DNA from: a virus
IMG/VR virus record: IMGVR_UViG_3300011335_000900
Coordinates: 65,106 to 129,105 of that record
Strand: one strand, 5' to 3'
Length of the DNA stretch: 64,000 nt
This document shows, piece by piece, positions 17,039 through 26,572 of this stretch. The position numbers and the translations under genes were made by a program. Positions within the stretch are counted from its first letter, which is position 1; each line of letters begins with the position of its first letter. The notes beneath the pieces are model-generated. The model made no database searches. It was given only the letters and a program-made list of their open reading frames with translations, and was not told the origin of the DNA.

Positions 17039-17917
17039 ATGGAAGAAAAATACATAGTTTGGCACATTGAAGGTGGCCTAGGAAAAAACATTGCTGCTAC
17101 ATCATTATTAAGTAGCTTAAAAGAAAAACACCCAGATAGAAAAATAGTTGTAGTAGCTTCATACCCTGAAATATTTTTAAATTTACCCTCAGTTTACAGA
17201 GTATATAGATTAGGTTCAACCCAATACTTTTATGATGACTATATTAAAAATAAAGATACAATAGTATTTAAACATGAACCATACTATGAAACACAACATA
17301 TATTAAAAAACAAACATCTAATTGCAAATTGGTGTAAAATATTAGATATTGAATATACTTTTCAATCCCCTGTTTTAAATTTTAATTTTATACATCAATT
17401 AAATGCTACAAAATGGAATAGAGAAAAACCTATTTTACTTATCCAAACTAATGGAGGTATATTAAATAGTGATTTAACATATTCTTGGACAAGAGATTTA
17501 CCTTTTTATTTATCTACCCAAATAGCTAACAAATATAAAGAAACACATCATATTATACAAGTATGTAAACCTTCTTCTTTAAAAATAGAGGGAGCAGAAA
17601 TTATAGACTATACGCTATCAGCTATGGAATTATTTACATTATTAGCGGTAAGTGATAAACGTATATTAATTGATTCTAGTTTACAACATGCTGCGGTAGC
17701 ATTAAATGTTCCCTCTACTGTATTTTGGATTGGAACTTCACCAAAAAACTTTGGATATGCATTTCACAATAACATAATTGCAAATCCTCCTACAGATACA
17801 ACAAAATTAATTGATGCTTATTTATTTGATTATTCTTTTGAGGGAGTTACTCATGAATGCCCATATTACAGTTTAGAGGAAATGTTTGATGTTCCTAAAA
17901 TTTTAGAGAAAATTTAA
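17039..17917 (+). CDS. Glycosyltransferase-like protein (GT9/GT-B type)
   Basis: EGGLGKNI; IDSSLQHAAVAL..PSTVFW..T.P..FGY. Confidence 0.7.
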   Translation: MEEKYIVWHIEGGLGKNIAATSLLSSLKEKHPDRKIVVVASYPEIFLNLPSVYRVYRLGSTQYFYDDYIKNKDTIVFKHEPYYETQHILKNKHLIANWCKILDIEYTFQSPVLNFNFIHQLNATKWNREKPILLIQTNGGILNSDLTYSWTRDLPFYLSTQIANKYKETHHIIQVCKPSSLKIEGAEIIDYTLSAMELFTLLAVSDKRILIDSSLQHAAVALNVPSTVFWIGTSPKNFGYAFHNNIIANPPTDTTKLIDAYLFDYSFEGVTHECPYYSLEEMFDVPKILEKI

Positions 17918-17923
17918 GTAAAC

Positions 17924-17953
17924 TTGGCTTTTTAAAATACTTTTAGTATATTT
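17924..17953 (+). promoter_or_regulatory. Bacteroidetes-type sigma promoter TTGG-N18-GTATATTT (representative copy)
   Basis: Same 18-nt spacing at 14886, 18485, 21330, 22172, 23343, 26993, 28845, 32782, 34032, 38620, 42693, 43888, 50646, 60732, 62085, 62696, 63926. Confidence 0.8.
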
Positions 17954-17968
17954 AAGAAAATAAAGGTT

Positions 17969-18478
17969 ATGCTATTTACAACTTCTGATCCAAAAGTAGT
18001 ACTTAAAGAGATATCAAAATTACAACCCCTAAATTACAACCAATTTAAATGGTGGAGACGTTTTGACACCAAACTTAAACCATTACCACGTGGGGTTAAA
18101 TTTATTGATCGCATTAAAAACGGTGAATATGAATTTTCACATTACTACTGGCAATGGAAATTATCTGAGTTAGAAATCAACGAAAAATACATAGAATACA
18201 ACGGAGATATACAAAAATTACTTGAAAAAAACGGAGTAGATCTAGCTCGTAGAAAACGTTTAATAGAGGATTTCAATGCAGACGAAGCTAGTAAACTATC
18301 AAACCTTAAAAAAGGATTTTTACGTGAATTCGTAATGACAAAAGAAGAATATGAAGATCATATTACAGATTTTGATGGTACAACTGAAGAATTTTATATG
18401 TATTGTTTAAAAACATTTGATCGTTCTGGAAAACAAACAGAAAAACGTGGTCGTCCTAAAAAATCCGAAAATATTTAA
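17969..18478 (+). CDS. Hypothetical protein with C-terminal AT-hook-like KRGRPKK
   Basis: ORF after a promoter. Confidence 0.75.
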   Translation: MLFTTSDPKVVLKEISKLQPLNYNQFKWWRRFDTKLKPLPRGVKFIDRIKNGEYEFSHYYWQWKLSELEINEKYIEYNGDIQKLLEKNGVDLARRKRLIEDFNADEASKLSNLKKGFLREFVMTKEEYEDHITDFDGTTEEFYMYCLKTFDRSGKQTEKRGRPKKSENI

Positions 18479-18534
18479 AAAAACTTGGAAATATTAATTT
18501 TCTTTTGTATATTTTAATTATAAAAATAAAAGTT

Positions 18535-18786
18535 ATGACATCAACAAAAACATTTAAAACCAAATTTCGATTATTTTTACGCAGATTTGGAATGTTATGT
18601 AAGAAAAAACAACCACCTAGAAAAGGAGTTCGAATTTCAAGAACAATTATGCCGGATGGCAAAATAATTGAACATGGTGGATTTACTGAAAAACCACCAC
18701 TAAATAATCAATCATTTTTATCTGAACTTCATATTTACCATGAACTAAAAAATTCAGTAAAATTTAAACAACCTAAAAAAAAGTAA
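18535..18786 (+). CDS. Basic hypothetical protein
   Basis: Start reassigned to AAAAGTTATG downstream of the promoter. Confidence 0.6.
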   Translation: MTSTKTFKTKFRLFLRRFGMLCKKKQPPRKGVRISRTIMPDGKIIEHGGFTEKPPLNNQSFLSELHIYHELKNSVKFKQPKKK

Positions 18787-18804
18787 CCCCCTAAAACCAG
18801 TTAT

Positions 18805-19122
18805 ATGAAATCAGTTATGAATAAAGAACTAGTATTATCAACATTAAAAAAAGTATTTAGTTACGGAGTAATCGTAGGAGCATTAGTATTAGGATTTTTC
18901 ATTGGAAGATATACCCAAAATTATCCCCCTACACCAAAATCAAATGCATATTCAAATATTTATTCTACCTCTAACGTATCAATTGCGGTAAATGAAGGAA
19001 ATGAATTAATGTTAATTGACCGTGCAAGTGGAAACTATCAAATGTATTCAGATTCAATTGGAATGACAATATTTAAAATGTATTCAAATAGAATTTACCA
19101 AAATGCAAATGTAAATGAATAA
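18805..19122 (+). CDS. Single-TM hypothetical protein
   Basis: TM YGVIVGALVLGFFIG; overlaps the SLT gene. Confidence 0.7.
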   Translation: MKSVMNKELVLSTLKKVFSYGVIVGALVLGFFIGRYTQNYPPTPKSNAYSNIYSTSNVSIAVNEGNELMLIDRASGNYQMYSDSIGMTIFKMYSNRIYQNANVNE

Positions 19123-19636
19123 ATTAAAATTTTTGGGTATAGCCGCTATATTTTTAGCGGTTATATCCTCCTTTAGGCTTTTAACCCCTGAAGAAGTCGT
19201 CACATCCCCCATAAGAAAAAGTTTTACAGTAAATGTAACTGATCCACCTTGCATTCAAGTATATAGTTGTATTGAATTTTATGCAGATTCATTTAATATC
19301 CCTAGACAATATGCATATGGAATAGCATCGTTAGAAACAGGATATAAAGGTCCATTTCATTGGAAATATAAAAATACTCAAATATCCTCCACTGGAGCTT
19401 TAGGACCTATGCAAGTTTTAAAATCAACTGCACGTTGGGTAAACAAAGATCAAGTATCTAAAGAAATATTGTTAAATGATGTAAAATATAATATAATGAC
19501 CTCAATGAAATATTTAAGAATGTTACATAACCAATATAAAAATTGGAAAATTGTATTTGGATATTACAACACCGGTTACCCTAGAGTAAATAGTTATGCA
19601 GAAAGAGTATATAATCATAAAATAGATTGGAGATGA
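19115..19636 (+). CDS. Lytic transglycosylase (SLT) with N-terminal signal/anchor
   Basis: Catalytic LETG, SSTGALGPMQV, YLRML, YYNTG. Confidence 0.88.
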   Translation: MNKLKFLGIAAIFLAVISSFRLLTPEEVVTSPIRKSFTVNVTDPPCIQVYSCIEFYADSFNIPRQYAYGIASLETGYKGPFHWKYKNTQISSTGALGPMQVLKSTARWVNKDQVSKEILLNDVKYNIMTSMKYLRMLHNQYKNWKIVFGYYNTGYPRVNSYAERVYNHKIDWR

Positions 19637-19881
19637 AAAAAGTAGTTTGTATCAATGATAGGAAGTTACCTGAGGGTGCTGAAGTTGTAAATGGAAAAGA
19701 ATATGAAGTTTTAGAAGAATTTTTAAACAATTATGATCAACGAGTGTTTATTATAGCTGGAATAAAAAATAAAGGAACAACTAAAATGGGACTACGTTGG
19801 ATAGGATATGATGCATCTCGTTTTGCAAACCTAGAATCAATAGCTATAGAATCATACGAACACGTATATGCAGAAAATTAA
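19627..19881 (+). CDS. Hypothetical protein
   Basis: KVVCIND... SH3-like small protein. Confidence 0.65.
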   Translation: MEMKKVVCINDRKLPEGAEVVNGKEYEVLEEFLNNYDQRVFIIAGIKNKGTTKMGLRWIGYDASRFANLESIAIESYEHVYAEN

Positions 19882-20290
19882 TATAAAAAGAGGAGTTATA
19901 GCAGGAAACTTTGATGTACTCCATCCAGGATACATTGCAATGTTTGAGGAGTGTAAAAAACACTGTGATAGATTAATAATATGTTTACATGAAGATCCCT
20001 CTATTGAACGACCAGAAAAACTTAAACCAATTTTACATTGGTCCGATCGAGTAAAAATTCTTTCTTCACTTAGACAAGTTGATTATGTATTTCCATATCA
20101 AACAGAGGAAGATCTATATGAAGCTTTAATTAAAGGAAACTTTGATGTTCGATTTTTAGGTGATGATTATATAGGAAAACCATTTACTGGAGATGATTTA
20201 GATATTCCTATACAGTATTTAAATAGAGATCATGGATGGTCAACAACAATGTACAAACAATTAATAGCAGATAGTTTAAACAAAAAATAA
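19868..20290 (+). CDS. Cytidylyltransferase (TagD-like)
   Basis: GNFDVLHPGY, KP, FLGDDY, RDHGWSTT. Confidence 0.85.
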   Translation: MQKINIKRGVIAGNFDVLHPGYIAMFEECKKHCDRLIICLHEDPSIERPEKLKPILHWSDRVKILSSLRQVDYVFPYQTEEDLYEALIKGNFDVRFLGDDYIGKPFTGDDLDIPIQYLNRDHGWSTTMYKQLIADSLNKK

Positions 20291-20293
20291 ATT

Positions 20294-20677
20294 ATGAAAG
20301 CAAGTGAATTAAGGATTGGTAATTTAGTAGATTTAGGTAATAGAATTGCTAAAGTTATTGAAATTAACCATTTAGCGTGTGTAGTAGTTAATTTAGAAGA
20401 AACTCAGGATACTATAGAAGATTACGAACGTGTAAAGCCTATTAAATTAACAGAAGAATGGTTGTTGAAGTTTGGGTTAAAACCAAATCAATGGTTTTGT
20501 TCAAACAGCTATTGTGTTGTTGAAGATAAAACAGGCGATATTCATTATGGATGGTGTATGAAAACACAAAATTCTTTACATACAAAAGAGATTGAGTTTG
20601 GATATTTTAAATACGTTCACCAATTTCAAAACTTATACTTTGCAATAATAGGAGAAGAACTTATATTAAAAGAGTAA
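20294..20677 (+). CDS. Phage hypothetical protein
   Basis: ELRIGNLV...PIKLTEEWLLKFG...YVHQFQNLYF pattern. Confidence 0.75.
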   Translation: MKASELRIGNLVDLGNRIAKVIEINHLACVVVNLEETQDTIEDYERVKPIKLTEEWLLKFGLKPNQWFCSNSYCVVEDKTGDIHYGWCMKTQNSLHTKEIEFGYFKYVHQFQNLYFAIIGEELILKE

Positions 20678-20742
20678 TATAAATGTTTTATTGTTTCCCA
20701 CATTTTTTATTGTCTTCCACATATGTATAATAAACGGGAAAT

Positions 20743-21348
20743 ATGAAAAAAAGTGGAATTTATAAAATTATAAACCCAAAAGGTGAAGTTTATATAGGAT
20801 GTTCACAAAATATCCATGTTAGATGGATGAATTACAAGAATAGTAGTAAAACTGAAAAACAACCAAAATTAAATCAATCTTTTGAAACCTATGGTTTTGA
20901 AAATCATGTATTTGAAGTGATAGAAGATATTGAAATTTTGCTAGCTCAACGAGAAAAATATTGGATTGAATTCTATAATTCATATGGTAAAGGCTTAAAT
21001 TCAAATCTTGGAGGAGGCGGAGTAGAAGCTCATAATGAAAATACTCGAAAACTTATTAGTGAAAAGGGAAAATTAAATGTAGGGAAAAGAAAAAATTCAC
21101 ATTGGAAAGGTAAAAATAGAAGTGAAGAATCTAAACTTAAAATGAGCCAATCTAAAAAAGGAAAATCCATCCCATCTAACAACAAACCTATCCTCCAATT
21201 CAGTAAACAAGGTCAATTCCTTCAAGAATATTCTAGCATTGAAGAAGCTGCTAGAAATATTAGTGGAAATCCTACAGCAATAAACAACGCTCTAAAAAAA
21301 GGAGAAAATGCTACATCTTCTGGTTATATTTGGAGATATAAAATTTAG
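20743..21348 (+). mobile_element. Free-standing GIY-YIG homing endonuclease with NUMOD-type DNA-binding modules
   Basis: GIYKI..VYIG, REKYWI, SEESKLKMS, C-terminal HTH. Confidence 0.9.
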
Positions 21349-21375
21349 TTATTATATTTAATAAAATTTAAAGTT

Positions 21376-22170
21376 ATGAAAAAAATAAAAATTAGCCACG
21401 AGGTGCCATTTTGTCTATTAACAAAAAGTCGAGAATTCAATGATTTTGATTATTGCTTGCCCCATTTAATGGATGAAAACGAAGAATATCGTGTATTTTT
21501 TCAAAATTCAAAAAATATAGCACGCTATATTGTAATGGACAATTCACTCCATGAACTTGGAGAAGCATATAGTACAGACCGTTTAATGTATTGGGTAAAT
21601 AAACTTGAACCAAATGAATTCATTGTACCTGATGTTTGGGAAGACTATACTGCTTCAGTTAGAAATGCAAAACAATGGGCAAACATCCAACTCCCAGAAA
21701 ATACAACTAAAGTAGCTGTTGTGCAAGCAAAAAGTTTACACGAAGCTAATTTATGTGTTCAAGCATATAAAGATTTAGGATACAAGAAAATTGCATTTTC
21801 ATATGGTGCTTCATATTATAATGATATTTGCCCACATCCAAATCAAGATTTAGGTAAAGCTATTGGAAGATTTATGGTAATTTCTACTATGTTTAGAGAT
21901 AAAACAATTACTAATACAGATCGAATCCATTTACTTGGAACTGCTTCCCCTATTGAATTTGGAATGTATAAAAATATGCCATTTATTGAATCTATTGATA
22001 CCTCAAATCCAATTATGGCAGCAATTGGTGAAATGCCATATACAAAAATGGGATTACATTTAAAACCAATGGCCAATATGAACAAACACCAAGATATAAG
22101 CAAAGAGTTTGTTAACGAGGATCTTGTAGATTTCAATGTTGAAATGTTTCGCACAATAAATGGACTTTAA
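21376..22170 (+). CDS. TGT/DpdA-like TIM-barrel protein (candidate 7-deazaguanine DNA transglycosylase)
   Basis: MDNS, VPDV, AVVQ, IHLLG, SIDTS motifs; upstream of queC/D/E/folE. Confidence 0.65.
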   Translation: MKKIKISHEVPFCLLTKSREFNDFDYCLPHLMDENEEYRVFFQNSKNIARYIVMDNSLHELGEAYSTDRLMYWVNKLEPNEFIVPDVWEDYTASVRNAKQWANIQLPENTTKVAVVQAKSLHEANLCVQAYKDLGYKKIAFSYGASYYNDICPHPNQDLGKAIGRFMVISTMFRDKTITNTDRIHLLGTASPIEFGMYKNMPFIESIDTSNPIMAAIGEMPYTKMGLHLKPMANMNKHQDISKEFVNEDLVDFNVEMFRTINGL

Positions 22171-22218
22171 TTTGGAGTCTATATTTTCTTTTCGTATATT
22201 TAATCAAAAATAAAAGTT

Positions 22219-22476
22219 ATGGAATATTTGTCGCTTTATGACTTTTTAGGAAAAGCTGCAGGCAATGATCTAGGAAAAGAAGTAGCAGCTGCTGCTTATA
22301 AAGCAGGTATTAAAATGCAAGAAAGAGAAATCTCAAATCCAAAATATACAGGTATTGTACATTTGTATCCTAAAGATTTCTTAGATTTCTATTTTAGAGA
22401 ACCAGAATTAAATTTAATGGATGAATTACCTGGATCACTTAATAGAGTTATTGATGAAGATGATTTACCCTTTTAA
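22219..22476 (+). CDS. Hypothetical protein with SSB-like acidic DDLPF tail
   Basis: SLYDFLGKAAG..LG..V; ends EDDLPF. Confidence 0.7.
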   Translation: MEYLSLYDFLGKAAGNDLGKEVAAAAYKAGIKMQEREISNPKYTGIVHLYPKDFLDFYFREPELNLMDELPGSLNRVIDEDDLPF

Positions 22477-22478
22477 TT

Positions 22479-22649
22479 ATGGATAAATTAACAAAACAGG
22501 AATTTGAAAAATTCCGTGAACTGTGGAAAGAAGAATGGTATACTCATTGGAGATTATTAGATATAGATTTTGAATGTTATATGCTAATGAAAGGATTAAC
22601 AAAACAAGAATATAAAAATTTAAATAGTGAATTATGGCAAAACATGTAG
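22479..22649 (+). CDS. 56-aa hypothetical protein
   Basis: MDKLTKQEFEKFRELWKEEW...; below the ORF-track cutoff. Confidence 0.6.
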   Translation: MDKLTKQEFEKFRELWKEEWYTHWRLLDIDFECYMLMKGLTKQEYKNLNSELWQNM

Positions 22650-22663
22650 TAGTTAAGTTGTGA
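22634..22663 (+). pseudogene. Remnant of an earlier queC 5' end (MAKHVVV)
   Basis: Resembles the queC N-terminus (KDHVVLSLSGG); shares catgtagt; cut off by the HNH gene. Confidence 0.45.
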
Positions 22664-22712
22664 CTTTAGCAGGAGGATACAATATGTATAACCGACAGAT
22701 AAATACATAACT

Positions 22713-23375
22713 ATGCCTTCAAAAGAATATATGAAAGAATATAGGAGAAGAAAAAATCCTAAAATTCTAGAAAAAGAAGAACTTGCTCAACAAGAAAAAA
22801 GACGTTGTACAAAATGTTCTGTTATTAAATCATTTGAGTCATTTGTCCCCCAAAAAGCAGGATATATGGGAATAAAATCTCAATGTAAAGAATGCGATAC
22901 AGAATACGATAAACAGTTCCAATCTAAAACCAATGCTAGAGCTAAGCGGGATAAAACAGACAAAGCTAAGCAATATAGAAAAAAATATGTAGCTGAAAAT
23001 TTAGATTGGTGGAGAAAGTATGAAAGAGAATACAGATACAACCGTAGAAAAGAAGACATGTTTTTTAAAATAAAGGGAAACATGTCTGGAAGGTTATCTG
23101 ACTTGATTAACAAAAGAAATTTAGGTACTACTACTCTTGAACTTATAGGATGTGATCGAGAAACTTTTCTATCCCATATTGAAAAACAATTCACCGAAGG
23201 AATGACATGGGAAAACTATGGTTTAAAAGGATGGCATGTAGATCATATTCTCCCATTATCTTCATTTGACTTAACTGTAGAGGATGAAGTAAAAAAAGCT
23301 TGCCACTATACAAACCTTCAACCACTTTGGTGGCAAGATAACTTGGAAAAGGGTAATAAAGTTAGTATATTATAA
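22713..23375 (+). mobile_element. Free-standing HNH homing endonuclease
   Basis: CxxC...CxxC; GMTWENYG..WHVDHILP...HYTNLQPLW..DN..KG. Confidence 0.88.
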
Positions 23376-23378
23376 TAA

Positions 23379-23413
23379 AGGTTTGAAGTTCCATAACCTA
23401 TAAATACCGGAAC
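23379..23413 (+). promoter_or_regulatory. Candidate H-type pseudoknot in the queC 5' leader
   Basis: AGGTT(23379)/AACCT(23395) interleaved with GTTCC(23388)/GGAAC(23409). Confidence 0.45.
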
Positions 23414-23435
23414 AAAGTTTTAAAATTATAAAAAT

Positions 23436-24284
23436 ATGAACAAACAAAAAGATCATGTAGTTTTATCCCTAAGTGGAGGTCTAGATTCAAGCACCCTTTT
23501 ACTTAGATGCTTAAAAGAATATAAAAGCGTTACTGCAATCTCATTTGACTATGGACAAAAACATCGAATAGAGTTAGATAGAGCACAGTCATTAGTAGAT
23601 TATATTAATTTAACTTACTCTCCAATCCGTTATCGTCAAATTCAATTAAATGGATTAGCTGACCTACTAAACTCAGCTTTAGTAACAGGTGGAGAAGAAG
23701 TACCTGAAGGACACTATGCTGAAGAAAACATGAAAGCAACAGTTGTTCCAAACAGAAATAAAATATTTGCTTCAATTATCCAAGCAGTAGCACTTTCAAT
23801 CGCAGATGAAACAGATGAGCAATGTGATATTGCAATGGGAATCCATGCAGGCGATCACGCAATTTATCCAGATTGTAGACAAGAATTTAGAGATGCAGAT
23901 GATACAGCCTTTAGAATTGGAAATTGGGGATCTGAAAAAGTAGGTTACTTTACACCATATCTTGAAGGAGATAAATTTACTATTTTACAAGATGGTGAAA
24001 TGTTATGTGATGAACTTGGCTTAAACTTTAACGAAGTATACAAACGCACAAATACTTCATATAAGCCTATATATCACGAACTAGCTTACGAGGAAGGTAT
24101 GGATATAGTTGATGCTTCAGGATGGTTTTCTGATTACAAATCAGCAAGTTCCGTGGAGCGTGTAGAGGCTTTTATTAAATTGGGAAGAAAAGATCCTGTA
24201 GGATATGCTGATGAAACAGGTCCTGTAAATTGGGAACACGTAGTAAATGAAGTAACAAAAGTGTTAGAAACACATAATAATTAA
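23436..24284 (+). CDS. queC: 7-cyano-7-deazaguanine synthase
   Basis: SLSGGLDSST, FDYGQKH, TVVPNRN, HAGDHAIYPDCR. Confidence 0.95.
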   Translation: MNKQKDHVVLSLSGGLDSSTLLLRCLKEYKSVTAISFDYGQKHRIELDRAQSLVDYINLTYSPIRYRQIQLNGLADLLNSALVTGGEEVPEGHYAEENMKATVVPNRNKIFASIIQAVALSIADETDEQCDIAMGIHAGDHAIYPDCRQEFRDADDTAFRIGNWGSEKVGYFTPYLEGDKFTILQDGEMLCDELGLNFNEVYKRTNTSYKPIYHELAYEEGMDIVDASGWFSDYKSASSVERVEAFIKLGRKDPVGYADETGPVNWEHVVNEVTKVLETHNN

Positions 24285-24285
24285 A

Positions 24286-24771
24286 ATGGCAAGATCATAT
24301 TTAAATTATAAACAAAACTTAAATGAAAGTGAACAAAAACTTTTAGAAATAGGACAACGTGTTCAACCATATGAAAAAGATTTTTTATTTAGTGAAAAAG
24401 GAAATATGGTTTATACCGATTTTAAAGATGAACAACAAAATGATATTAGTGTTAGATTTCATAGATTTAAAGAAGGTTCAAATGGATATGAAGTTGAATT
24501 TACAATTAATAACCAAAGTGTAGAAGCATTTAAAACCGATTTAAATCACTTCTTTAAAATTATTTCAACAGTTGTTCAAGTAATAAATGAATTTATAGAA
24601 AAATACCAACCTACACAATTATTTATTGAAGCTACAAATAAACCAGGAAAAGAAGGTCAAAAAGATAAAATTTGGTTACAATATATTAAAGTTAATTTAA
24701 AAGCTGATGGATATGTGATAGGAAACCAAGGAGATGGATTTTCAATACAAAATAATAAAAAAATAAATTAA
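24286..24771 (+). CDS. Hypothetical protein with N-terminal LNE/LLE tag
   Basis: 161-aa ORF. Confidence 0.7.
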   Translation: MARSYLNYKQNLNESEQKLLEIGQRVQPYEKDFLFSEKGNMVYTDFKDEQQNDISVRFHRFKEGSNGYEVEFTINNQSVEAFKTDLNHFFKIISTVVQVINEFIEKYQPTQLFIEATNKPGKEGQKDKIWLQYIKVNLKADGYVIGNQGDGFSIQNNKKIN

Positions 24772-24772
24772 A

Positions 24773-25033
24773 ATGGGAAAATACAGAAAAAAACCAGTAG
24801 AAATTGAAGCAGTACAATTTATATCTCAAAACATTCAAGAGGTGTATGATATGTTAGGGAATCATTTAATAGTAACCCCAACATCAGATGGTGAGGGATT
24901 ATATCATTTTATAAGAACCTTAGAAGGAGATATGGAAATCTCTTGGAACGATTACGTTATAAAAGGTATTAAAGGAGAATTCTATCCATGCAAACCTGAC
25001 ATCTTTGAATTAACTTACGATAAAATAAATTAA
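24773..25033 (+). CDS. Conserved phage protein (YRKKPV..EAVQ...TLEG...GEFYPCKPDIF family)
   Basis: Recognisable motif pattern. Confidence 0.8.
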   Translation: MGKYRKKPVEIEAVQFISQNIQEVYDMLGNHLIVTPTSDGEGLYHFIRTLEGDMEISWNDYVIKGIKGEFYPCKPDIFELTYDKIN

Positions 25034-25034
25034 A

Positions 25035-25499
25035 ATGGCAAAATATACTAGTACAAAATTATTTGATGGATACTCAACAGTATTTCGTCAATGGAAAGCA
25101 GAAGATACCCATTGCAGATTCCTACATGGATACGCAGTATCTTTTAGAGTTTGGTTTGAAGGTGAATTAGATCACAGAAATTGGGTATGGGACTTTGGTG
25201 GAATGAAGCGATCCAAAACTAAAATTTCTGGAATGTCTCCAAAAGATTATTTTTCCTTTTTATTAGACCACACAACAGTTGTAGCTATAGATGATCCATA
25301 CTTAAAAAAATTCCAACAAATGGATAAAGATGGCATCATACAGTTACGAATACTCCCAGCTACTGGATGCGAAAAATTTGCAGAACATTTATATTATATA
25401 ATCAATGCATTCTTAAAAGAAGAAACAGAAGATAGAGTAAAAGCAATAAAAGTAGAAGTTTATGAACACGAAAAAAACAGTGCAAGCTATGGACAATAA
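25035..25499 (+). CDS. queD: 6-carboxy-tetrahydropterin synthase (PTPS family)
   Basis: HCRFLHGY, WDFG, LDHT, CE..A, VEVYE. Confidence 0.9.
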   Translation: MAKYTSTKLFDGYSTVFRQWKAEDTHCRFLHGYAVSFRVWFEGELDHRNWVWDFGGMKRSKTKISGMSPKDYFSFLLDHTTVVAIDDPYLKKFQQMDKDGIIQLRILPATGCEKFAEHLYYIINAFLKEETEDRVKAIKVEVYEHEKNSASYGQ

Positions 25500-25560
25500 T
25501 TATTATACGATAACCACCACTTTTGGTGACATTAAATTTACATATATTTTAACAAAATGA
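25489..25560 (+). CDS. Possible 23-aa coupled mini-ORF
   Basis: MDNNYYTITTTFGDIKFTYILTK; overlaps queD and the thioredoxin start (ATGA). Confidence 0.35.
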   Translation: MDNNYYTITTTFGDIKFTYILTK

Positions 25561-25805
25561 AACAAATTATTTATTTTAGTTCAACTTGGTGCCAACCGTG
25601 CAAAAATTTTAAACCTATTATGGAAAGTGTAAGTGCTTCCATTCCTGTTCAATTTGTAGATGTTGATCAGAATCCAACATTAGCTACTCAATATAATATT
25701 AGAAGTATACCTACTTTAATATTTTTAAAGGATGGACAAGAAGTTAATAAAAAACCTGGAGTTTTAAGTGAATCACAAGTAAAAGAATTATGGAATCAAA
25801 TTTAG
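25557..25805 (+). CDS. Thioredoxin
   Basis: WCQPCK, IRSIPT. Confidence 0.92.
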   Translation: MKQIIYFSSTWCQPCKNFKPIMESVSASIPVQFVDVDQNPTLATQYNIRSIPTLIFLKDGQEVNKKPGVLSESQVKELWNQI

Positions 25806-26572
25806 GAAGAATAGAAGATTATAGCAAAACATTACCTATACTTGAATTATATAGATGTGTTCAAAGCGAGGGTTCTCGTTTTGGAAGACCCACTATTGCA
25901 GTTCGCACAACAGGTTGTACTCACCGTTGCTACTTTGGAGAAGGCGGGTGGTGCGACAGCTGGTATACAAGCATACACCCAGAAAAAGGAACATTTAACT
26001 TTAACGATATTATTAAAATATATGACGAAAATCCTCATATAAAAGAAATGATGTTAACAGGAGGAAGTCCAACTATGCATCCAAAATTAGTAAACGAATT
26101 AACACACTTTGCACATGAAAGAGATATACTCATTACTATTGAAACTGAAGGTAGTCATTTCGTACCTACCGACTATCCTATTGGCCTTATATCTCTCAGT
26201 CCAAAGTTTAGTAATTCTGTACCCGTACTCGGTGCTGTTACGCCTCAAGGAGCGATTGTGGATCAAAGAATGATCGATCAACACAATAAATTTCGATTAA
26301 ATTTTCATGGGATTCGACAAATGATTGACTTTCATACAGACTACCATTACAAACCAGTATGGGATGGAACAGATAAAGGTCTAGAACAAATTGAATCATT
26401 CCGCGTCGGATTGGATATTCCAAAAGACAAAACATACATTATGCCTGCTGGAGATACTAGAGAAACATTAATTGAAATGTATCCACTTGTATTTGAAATG
26501 TGTGCTGAAAAAGGATATAACATGACAGGGCGTGACCACATCATAGCTTTCGACCAAGCTCGTGGTGTATGA
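25790..26572 (+). CDS. queE: 7-carboxy-7-deazaguanine synthase (radical SAM)
   Basis: QSEG..GRP, RTTGC...C...WCDS, LTGGSP, IETEG, SLSPK. Confidence 0.92.
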   Translation: MESNLGRIEDYSKTLPILELYRCVQSEGSRFGRPTIAVRTTGCTHRCYFGEGGWCDSWYTSIHPEKGTFNFNDIIKIYDENPHIKEMMLTGGSPTMHPKLVNELTHFAHERDILITIETEGSHFVPTDYPIGLISLSPKFSNSVPVLGAVTPQGAIVDQRMIDQHNKFRLNFHGIRQMIDFHTDYHYKPVWDGTDKGLEQIESFRVGLDIPKDKTYIMPAGDTRETLIEMYPLVFEMCAEKGYNMTGRDHIIAFDQARGV

